This document shows positions 28,958 through 36,162 of a DNA stretch of 64,000 nt, one piece after another. The DNA comes from Candidatus Tayloriibacteriota bacterium (GTDB lineage: Bacteria > Patescibacteriota > Minisyncoccia > Phycocordibacterales > PALSA-1337). Position 1 is the stretch's first letter. Every line of letters begins with the position of its first letter. Both the position numbers and the translations under genes were made by a program. Below the pieces are notes generated by a model. The model did no database searches and was not told the origin of the DNA. It saw nothing but the letters and a program-made list of their open reading frames with translations. The DNA lies in assembly GCA_943350765.1 (NCBI GenBank), contig CALRAJ010000002.1:7994-71993 (forward strand), given 5' to 3'.

Positions 28958-29905
28958 ATGCAAATTTTAAATTGGAAAATCGACCCAGTTTTGAAGAAAG
29001 AAATTGATGAGCATTATCGAACCGATTTTGCCTTGTCGATTAAAAATGAACCCGTAATCAATATAGTAAAAAAGATTACATTTGATAGTGTAGCTCCAAA
29101 TATTACCATTGAAGATGTGAAAATCTTTATGGATTATATAAATGAAACATTTCTAGATAGGGGAATCAAAGGTGTTGGACTTGAGGTTGGGGGAGGTTGC
29201 GGATTTTTTAGTGCATTACTTGCAACATATGCATCGGTTGAAAAAGTTTATTCTATTGAGATTTGTGAAAATATTGTTCGTGAGCTGATGCCTAAAGTTA
29301 TAGAAGAAGTTGCCGGGGAACACAAGGTGTATGAAAAAGTAATTGGCTGTGTCGGTGATTTTGATCGACTTGAGTTACCGAATGCATCGGTTGATTTTGT
29401 ATTTGATTTCTACTCACTACATCATTCATCAGATATAAAAAAGACTTTTACGGAGATTTGTCGAGTGCTCAAACATGGAGGCTTTATCTTTTGTTTTGAC
29501 AAAACCCGCGCAAATTCATTGACAGACGAAGGTCTAGAAAAGCTTCTCGACACAGAGTACTCCTCGGAAACAAAAATATCGATGGGTTTACCCCCGAACA
29601 TATTCCATACCCGTCGCATGAATGGTGAAAAAGAATACCGGCTCAAGGATTGGCAAAATTCGTTTTTAACAGCTGGGTTTAAAACTTTTAAGCATTATCA
29701 TATTGCTCGTCTTTCGGACACAAAATCTTTTACGAATCTAATTAAAAAAACATTATCGCTTCTTCCGGTTTCTATTCAGACTTTTTTTACGAAAATTCTG
29801 TCTCGTGATGGCAACAAAAATAATCTCGAGCAGTCCCATAAGATATATACCAAACTCGTCAACAATTTCCCTAAAGAGATTTCATTGATGGTGGTGCGGA
29901 AATAG
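28958..29905 (+). CDS. Class I SAM-dependent methyltransferase
   Basis: Motif I GLEVGGGCGFFS; VLKHGGFIF. Confidence 0.7.
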   Translation: MQILNWKIDPVLKKEIDEHYRTDFALSIKNEPVINIVKKITFDSVAPNITIEDVKIFMDYINETFLDRGIKGVGLEVGGGCGFFSALLATYASVEKVYSIEICENIVRELMPKVIEEVAGEHKVYEKVIGCVGDFDRLELPNASVDFVFDFYSLHHSSDIKKTFTEICRVLKHGGFIFCFDKTRANSLTDEGLEKLLDTEYSSETKISMGLPPNIFHTRRMNGEKEYRLKDWQNSFLTAGFKTFKHYHIARLSDTKSFTNLIKKTLSLLPVSIQTFFTKILSRDGNKNNLEQSHKIYTKLVNNFPKEISLMVVRK

Positions 29906-29956
29906 GTAGGTAGGAAAATAAAAAGAGGCTACCGAAGTAGCCCCGTGTGTTTGTGT

Positions 29957-31780
29957 CTATCCTGTCATGTCGAGGATTCTCTCGGTCTTGTCAGAATCGA
30001 TGTATCCACGAGCCTCGAGGAACTGCTCCTCGGAAAGCTCGCCGTAGTTGAGTGGCTTGCCGTCAGTGCCGTGAAGCACCTTGGTGGCGTCGTCGAGCTC
30101 AAGCACGTATTTTCGCAGATACTCATCCACGACTGGTTCCAGCTTGCAACCAGCTTTTTGTGCAAAGCTGATTCCGAAGTGCTCACCCAGTAGCTCTTGG
30201 ACTTTTGGGTGTCGGCACATCTGAGTGCCCGGGTAGGCCGTAGCAGTAAACATCCTCTTGTTGACGGATGCTACCGCGAGGTCGTAGTCTGGTGTGCCAG
30301 GAGTTTTGCCTCGAGTCATCTCGCCGATCTGCCACATGATAAATGCGACGGAGGTTTTGATTTCGCGAAGGCCTTCTTCTGGCCACCCCATGATCCATGT
30401 GCAGTTGGCATGAATGCCGGTTTCCTTGCACATTTTGATGCCGTTCATCATGGTGACGGGGAAGCGGTGATCGCCGACTTGCGTCAGCTGGTTTTCCCTA
30501 CTTCCTCTCGGTCGCAGGATAAACCCACCTTTTCCCATGCTTTCAAGCACTCGAGCGCTGGCACTTTCGGCACCGAAGCCGATGTAAATGCATCCGGCCT
30601 TGGCCATATAGCGCGCTCGGTCGTCCGCTTCGTCGAGGCGTGTGTGTGTGCCCCAACGAATACCCAAACCCTCGAATGTCTCAGGTAGGGCTTTCATGCG
30701 TGGAATGTTGACCCCGAAGTTGTCGTCGGGGAAGCCGAGGAAGTCAATCCCGTAGGTCCTGATCAGCCATTCGGCTTCGGCGCGGAGATTTGCAGGACTG
30801 CGCATACCGTAGTTGCGCTCACCCTGTCCTCCCCGGAAACAAAACTCGCAGGCGTAGGGACAGCCTCGGCTGGATACTGTCGTAAGGCTTCGTTTCATCG
30901 TAAACGATGTTGCGGAGCTATTGTTGGCAGCAGTGCCCCAGACAGGCGTTTTGATATACCACTCGAGCAGAGGATTTCCATGCACATCTTCGTGCAGGAG
31001 GTCCCATGCGGCAAATGGTAGCACATCCAGGTTTACAGGCCGGTCGCCCGCATACATGAGTCGGTGTTGTCCGCCGATTTCGCCCAAGTAGTAGGGGCTA
31101 TTTGACAGGAGGGAAAGATTCTTTCTCCCCCCGCGCTCTTTCAGGTGGTTGATCTCCTTTGCCATGAGCAAAATAACATCATCTCCTTCGGAGTGGGCAA
31201 CAGCATCGAGCTCAGGGATCCAACCAAAGAGTCCTTCTCGGATCTCAGTCGCGAGACCTCCGCCAGACACGAGAAACGCACCGGGCTGGAGCTTGCGACA
31301 AATCCTGGCAAAGTTTTCTTGCCAGCGGAGCGTAGTGATCATGCCTGAGAAGGCAATAATATCCTGATCGCCGTGTTTGGCGAGGTGAGCCTCGAGGAGC
31401 TGTTCGGCTTCCTGGAGCTTGAGGTGTCTACCGTTTGGCAAGCCACGTGCCATCGCATCTGCGTCCTGAAGCCGGTAGGCATTCAAGTCGAGGATGGTAG
31501 GCTCAGCTCCGTATTGACGAAGCCGTGCTGCCATAAGCCCCGGTCCTTGCGGAGGGGTGTTTGGCTTGGCACTTTCGCGCAGGGGCATGTTCACAAACAG
31601 CACCTTGACGCCTGTGAGTTCGCCAAATGTGAGTCTGGCAACCTGTGCGCTGGGGTGATCCAGCCCGACCAGCCGGCTCAGCTTGAGCTCGGGTGGTTTT
31701 GTGACTAGGAGGTTTGTCATGTCTACATTACCTTTCTTGGGTTGGTTTTGAGTGTGAAAAGTGGACGACAAATTGTTCAA
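29957..31780 (-). CDS. B12-binding-domain radical SAM enzyme (class B)
   Basis: CxxxCxxC (SSRGCPYACEFCF) preceded by a Rossmann-like cobalamin-binding-type N-domain (VLFVNMPL...GPGLMAARLRQYGAEPTILDLNA). GC-rich, unlike flanking genes. Confidence 0.75.
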   Translation of the reverse strand: MNNLSSTFHTQNQPKKGNVDMTNLLVTKPPELKLSRLVGLDHPSAQVARLTFGELTGVKVLFVNMPLRESAKPNTPPQGPGLMAARLRQYGAEPTILDLNAYRLQDADAMARGLPNGRHLKLQEAEQLLEAHLAKHGDQDIIAFSGMITTLRWQENFARICRKLQPGAFLVSGGGLATEIREGLFGWIPELDAVAHSEGDDVILLMAKEINHLKERGGRKNLSLLSNSPYYLGEIGGQHRLMYAGDRPVNLDVLPFAAWDLLHEDVHGNPLLEWYIKTPVWGTAANNSSATSFTMKRSLTTVSSRGCPYACEFCFRGGQGERNYGMRSPANLRAEAEWLIRTYGIDFLGFPDDNFGVNIPRMKALPETFEGLGIRWGTHTRLDEADDRARYMAKAGCIYIGFGAESASARVLESMGKGGFILRPRGSRENQLTQVGDHRFPVTMMNGIKMCKETGIHANCTWIMGWPEEGLREIKTSVAFIMWQIGEMTRGKTPGTPDYDLAVASVNKRMFTATAYPGTQMCRHPKVQELLGEHFGISFAQKAGCKLEPVVDEYLRKYVLELDDATKVLHGTDGKPLNYGELSEEQFLEARGYIDSDKTERILDMTG

Positions 31781-31843
31781 AGAGCGTTCGTCCGTATAAA
31801 ATAGTACTCAATTTTCTATATAAAGTCAAGTCATTGTTGTCGG

Positions 31844-32701
31844 ATGGTCTCTATGCTATTCTCAGTAATATATATGAATAATTTATTTTCACTCAAAGGC
31901 AAAAAAGTCGTACTGACCGGAGCGGCAGGCTTTTTCGGGACATACTTTGCCGAGGCACTTCTCTCGGCAGAAGCAGATAAAGTTTTCTGTGTTGATGTGA
32001 GTGAGCCAGGACTCGCTGATCTAAAAAAGCGCCTTGGCGCAAGTTCTTCAAAACAAGTCGAGTATGTTGTACTAGATCAAGGCGATCAAAAAATGGTTGC
32101 AAAAGTATTTGGCAAGCTGGCTGAGCATGGTGTGGATGTCCTCATCAACAATTCTTTTGTCTTTGGCGCACCGACTGGCTTTGCTCCAGCTCGAGGCCGT
32201 ATCGAAGACGCTACCTTTGAACAATTACAAAAATCTTTTGAATCTGGAATTTATTGGTCTATACAGGCTACACAGATTTTTGCCGAGGCAAGTAAAAAAA
32301 GCGACAAGCCATTGTCTGTGATCAACCTCGGCTCAATGTATTCGGTAGTGGTACCAAGTCCGACACTCTACGAAGGTTTTGATTATTACAACCCGCCCGG
32401 CTACAGCATGGCAAAGACCGGTCTGGTCGCGTTTACAAAATATACTGCCGCGTGGATGGGGCCACTCGTGCGTGCGAACATTCTCTGCCCAGGTGCTATT
32501 CCAAATGATGAAAAGAAATCGGCGAACTCTGAACAAAATAAAAACGATGCGTTTCGACAGAGAATGATTGATCGCACGGCACTCAAGCGTCTCGGACACC
32601 CAAATGATCTCGTAGGGACGGTGGTTTTCCTAGCTTCAGATGCTTCCAGCTATATTACGGGTCAAATGATCGTGGTGGATGGGGGATGGACTATTGTGTA
32701 A
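31844..32701 (+). CDS. Short-chain dehydrogenase/reductase (SDR); true start possibly 31874
   Basis: TGAAGFFG glycine motif; catalytic YxxxK (YSMAK). Confidence 0.8.
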   Translation: MVSMLFSVIYMNNLFSLKGKKVVLTGAAGFFGTYFAEALLSAEADKVFCVDVSEPGLADLKKRLGASSSKQVEYVVLDQGDQKMVAKVFGKLAEHGVDVLINNSFVFGAPTGFAPARGRIEDATFEQLQKSFESGIYWSIQATQIFAEASKKSDKPLSVINLGSMYSVVVPSPTLYEGFDYYNPPGYSMAKTGLVAFTKYTAAWMGPLVRANILCPGAIPNDEKKSANSEQNKNDAFRQRMIDRTALKRLGHPNDLVGTVVFLASDASSYITGQMIVVDGGWTIV

Positions 32702-32878
32702 ATAGCCCAAATTAGGAAACTCTTTCTCGGCGTATCTTTCTAGGAGTACGAATAAATTTCTGGTGAAATTTATCTCAGGTCTCGACTCCCGTCCTGCGCC
32801 GTCTACAGGAACACATCATCTACCGATGTGAAAGCCCCCTATAAAGATGTGTCTTCGACGAATTTCCTAATTTGGGCT
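32702..32878. mobile_element. MITE-like element, copy 3 (variant; TIR TAGCCCAAATTAGGAAA ... TTTCCTAATTTGGGCTA)
   Basis: Same TIR core and internal CTTTCTCGGCGTATC / CCGATGTGAAAG segments as the remnant at 52132. AT-rich insert inside the GC-rich island. Confidence 0.6.
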
Positions 32879-33029
32879 ATTTGCCTTGGTTGTTTACTGT
32901 GGATTATTGTGTATATGACATGTGGTCATTCTAATACCTTGAGTGCATCCAAGCTATTGAACCATTACCCGGTGGTATTGACTTTATTTGCAAATGGGTG
33001 TATAATAGGTTTTGGTCTGTTGGCGGTAG

Positions 33030-33647
33030 GTGCGGTCAAACAAGCTCTCTTATATGAAAAAACAATACTCGGAAACGCTCCTAGCGAAAGCTCGGAAGAT
33101 CAAGGCGGTTGTTCTCGACTGCGACGGCACTCTGACTGACAATACGGAGGTGACCGGTCTCGACGCGCCGTCTGCACACGGTTTGCTGAAGAGGCGTAGT
33201 CACTACGACGGTCAGGGCGTGTCCCTAATTCGAGCTGTGGGAATCCCTGTTGCGATAATTACGGGTGAAAAAGGTCCCGGCGCTCAGATGATTACCAAGC
33301 TCGTTGAAAGGTGGAACGGTCTGCCCTCTGTTAAAAATCGTGCATGGATACAAGTCGCTCTCTTCACCGGATATGCCGGCGAGGAAAAAGTTCTTAAGCT
33401 CCGCCAGTGGCTGAAGACAAACCAACTCACTTCTGAAGACTGCGCCGTGATGGGGGATGACCTCGTCGATGTGCCGATGCTTCGCGCAGTCGGATTTCGT
33501 GCCTGCCCGATTACCGCAGAAGAGGTAGTGCGGGAGATGGCCGACTTCATCAGCGACCGTCCTGCCGGCTACGGTGCAGTGCGTGATCTGGCAAACCTCA
33601 TCCTCACAGCTCGTGGTATTGATCCCACGACCCTGCCGACCAAGTAG
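33030..33647 (+). CDS. HAD-IIIA KdsC-like sugar-acid phosphate phosphatase
   Basis: VVLDCDGTLTD (DxDGT), ITG, MGDDLVDVPMLRAVGFRACPITAEE, AGYGAVRDLANLILTARG; classic KdsC/KDN-9-P phosphatase pattern. Confidence 0.75.
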   Translation: MRSNKLSYMKKQYSETLLAKARKIKAVVLDCDGTLTDNTEVTGLDAPSAHGLLKRRSHYDGQGVSLIRAVGIPVAIITGEKGPGAQMITKLVERWNGLPSVKNRAWIQVALFTGYAGEEKVLKLRQWLKTNQLTSEDCAVMGDDLVDVPMLRAVGFRACPITAEEVVREMADFISDRPAGYGAVRDLANLILTARGIDPTTLPTK

Positions 33648-33789
33648 GCTCGCTGGCGGTCCCAATAGTTTCCTCGCGTACCCTGAGTTTCTCGGGGTAT
33701 TTTTATTTTAAAATAAATCGCTGACCAAATCTGTACAAGTCCTGTATAGTATGATAGTGTGATTCTCGGTAGCTTTTTCCCAAACAATT

Positions 33790-34743
33790 ATGAGCAACAA
33801 AACAGTTCAGATCGGACCTTACGAGGTCGGCGGTAACAATCCGTGTCTGGTGGTGGCCGAGATCGGCATCAACCACAACGGATCATTGGAGTTCGTGAGT
33901 CGTTTGATCGACATGGCGGTGCTGGCGGGGTGTGGTGCTGTTAAATTTCAGACCCGCTCTGTGGATGTCGTCTATACGGCAGAGGAGCTGGCAAAGGCCA
34001 GGGCTGTACCGACAGATGTGGTTCAGCACGCTCTCATGCGGAGTGTTTTGCCTACTGAGGCAATCAGTCGCCTCGGAAAAGACATCACCAACACAACCAA
34101 CGGCGACCTCAAGCGTGCCCTTGAATTTAGCGCGGAGGACTACAGGTTGATCGACGACTACTGCAGGACCAAGGGTGTTATCTGGTTCTCTTCCCCTTGG
34201 GACGAGGCCTCGGTGGACTTGATCGAGCAGTTTAATCCTCCGTGCTTCAAGGTGGCTTCTGCGTCGCTTACCGACCGGGGACTCCTTGAGCGCATTGCGT
34301 CTTATGGGCGTCCGGTGATTCTCGGCACAGGCATGTCGAGCATGGATCAGGTCCGCAAGGCTATTGCTGTGCTTAACGGTGTGCCGGTGATCTTGAGTCA
34401 TACGGTCTCGACTTATCCGGCCAAGCGGTCTGATCTCAACCTGCGTGCCATCCATACCTTGCAAAAGGAGTTTGGTGTACCGGTCGCCTACAGTGGTCAC
34501 GAGAATGGCACGACCATGTCGGTGTGTGCGGTAGCGCTCGGTGCGTGCATGGTTGAGCGACACATCACCCTCGATCGGACCATGTTCGGCAGTGATCAGT
34601 CAGCCAGTCTCGAGGCGGTCGGTCTCACGACCATGATCCGCAATATCCGCGATCTCGAAGGTGCCCTAGGCACCGGCGAAAAGCAGATTCTCGATGCCGA
34701 AAAGCCGATTGCTGCCAAGCTCCGTCGCAAGGACACGCTCTAG
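33790..34743 (+). CDS. NeuB-family nonulosonic acid synthase (no C-terminal SAF domain)
   Basis: VVAEIGINHNGSLE...GCGAVKFQT, ILGTGMSSMDQV, HTVSTYP, SGHENG, MVERHITLD; matches the NeuB/PseI/LegI TIM-barrel motifs. Confidence 0.8.
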   Translation: MSNKTVQIGPYEVGGNNPCLVVAEIGINHNGSLEFVSRLIDMAVLAGCGAVKFQTRSVDVVYTAEELAKARAVPTDVVQHALMRSVLPTEAISRLGKDITNTTNGDLKRALEFSAEDYRLIDDYCRTKGVIWFSSPWDEASVDLIEQFNPPCFKVASASLTDRGLLERIASYGRPVILGTGMSSMDQVRKAIAVLNGVPVILSHTVSTYPAKRSDLNLRAIHTLQKEFGVPVAYSGHENGTTMSVCAVALGACMVERHITLDRTMFGSDQSASLEAVGLTTMIRNIRDLEGALGTGEKQILDAEKPIAAKLRRKDTL

Positions 34744-34766
34744 GCCTAGGCTTGTGGTTGGTACAA

Positions 34767-34797
34767 GTGGACACTAATACTGTCCACTTTTTTATTT
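34767..34797. terminator. Bidirectional terminator GTGGACA-CTAATAC-TGTCCAC plus TTTTTTATTTT between convergent genes
   Basis: 7-bp stem with T-run; sits between the NeuB-like gene (plus strand) and the flippase (minus strand). Confidence 0.55.
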
Positions 34798-36143
34798 TAT
34801 ACAGTAGCTTTACTCGCAGTGTTTTCGTCAGGTAATTCCTTTAAATTTTTCAGGAGGAAAAACATCACGAGGGCAGTGAGGTATTTTGTTACAACTAAGG
34901 AAACAATGATACCCAATACTCCATAGAAATATACCGAAATAAGCATGAATACTGTGCTAAAAATACTGACACCAAGACTAAGTATATACTTTTCTTTCAG
35001 GGCTTTTTTTGCGGTAAAGGCAGTATCAGATAAATTACCTAACAGTAGCATAAAGACGGAGTATATTTGGGAATAAAATACCGAATCCATATATTGAGGG
35101 AAGAATATTTTGTATATATAGGGTGCTAGAATAATGTAGGCAAGCACGATTGGACCAAGTACGAGAAGGGAAAGGAGGAATTTTTTTGGCACACTCTCCT
35201 TAAGTTCTTCTAAACTTCTTCCTGCAAGCTTGGGCATAGCAAGTGGTGCCAACATACCAACAAAACTGCGTACCTGTTTTGGTATTGCTGTAGAAAAAGT
35301 GTATATGGCAAGCTCAGCAGCACCTAGGTAGTGGTAGACAAGGACCTTGTCTACTTGAGCAGAAATATTTAGCCAAATATTTATAAAACTTATATGTTTT
35401 CCAAAATTGAAAGCTGTATAGTCGACGGGTGCATCAGTCGTCACCCCACGAGCTATTTTAAAGTAAAAAAAAGATTTAGTCAGAAGATCGGCTCCAAAAA
35501 ATACAGCAACTAAAGCAATTACATTGTCGGTAAAGAGGATTGCAATAAAAAATGCGACAGCTGCCGTAATACTTTCGACAGAATTATACAAAGAGCTTTT
35601 TTTAAAGTCTTTTTTACCACTCAAGTATGGACCGTATAATCCAACCGTTTTTAATAGCGGTGAAATACAAGCGATGATAATAAGCGATATTCCGAGCGTG
35701 TAGTTATTGTTAAATAAATAGTATCCAGCACCGATGAGTGATCCTACTACCATAAAAACACTCCACTTTAAACTCACGGAAATCGCTTTTTTAAATGTGC
35801 CGTCATACCCCCTTGCTACTGCCCGAGTTAGCGCTGTGCCGAGACCTGTCAATGTGAAGGTGGTTATAATACCTGAAATAGAAATAATGTATTTGTAATC
35901 CCCGTATACTTCTTTTGGTAGAAAGTGTGCACAGGCTATTGCGAGTAGGAATGATCCTGCGGAGGCAACTCCCTGACTGAAAAAGAGCCAAAAACTCCCT
36001 TTGGTGAGGTAAACCATGTCCGTCTTTGTAAAACGCTCGCTTTTGCGGAGAAGGGAATATACTCGACTGCGGAGGTTTTTTGGGGTGGGGTCTAGATCTG
36101 GCTGTGTCGGTATTATTGGCATTTCTTTTGTATCTATATCCAT
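34797..36143 (-). CDS. Polysaccharide flippase (Wzx-like, MOP superfamily)
   Basis: 448 aa, about 12-14 TM helices; typical Wzx topology and position in the glycan locus. Confidence 0.7.
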   Translation of the reverse strand: MDIDTKEMPIIPTQPDLDPTPKNLRSRVYSLLRKSERFTKTDMVYLTKGSFWLFFSQGVASAGSFLLAIACAHFLPKEVYGDYKYIISISGIITTFTLTGLGTALTRAVARGYDGTFKKAISVSLKWSVFMVVGSLIGAGYYLFNNNYTLGISLIIIACISPLLKTVGLYGPYLSGKKDFKKSSLYNSVESITAAVAFFIAILFTDNVIALVAVFFGADLLTKSFFYFKIARGVTTDAPVDYTAFNFGKHISFINIWLNISAQVDKVLVYHYLGAAELAIYTFSTAIPKQVRSFVGMLAPLAMPKLAGRSLEELKESVPKKFLLSLLVLGPIVLAYIILAPYIYKIFFPQYMDSVFYSQIYSVFMLLLGNLSDTAFTAKKALKEKYILSLGVSIFSTVFMLISVYFYGVLGIIVSLVVTKYLTALVMFFLLKNLKELPDENTASKATV

Positions 36144-36162
36144 ATATGTTATATTTTAGCAT

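Noticed and set aside
32828-33139. 103-aa ORF starting inside MITE copy 3 and overlapping the KdsC-like gene out of frame
   Set aside because: The start codon is within the repeat and the 3' half overlaps a well-supported CDS (33030-33647).
30197-34563. Antisense ORFs 30197-30688, 31373-31708, 33225-33665 and 33883-34563 within the GC-rich island
   Set aside because: They are opposite well-supported CDSs (radical SAM, KdsC-like, NeuB-like). Long antisense ORFs are expected in GC-rich DNA.
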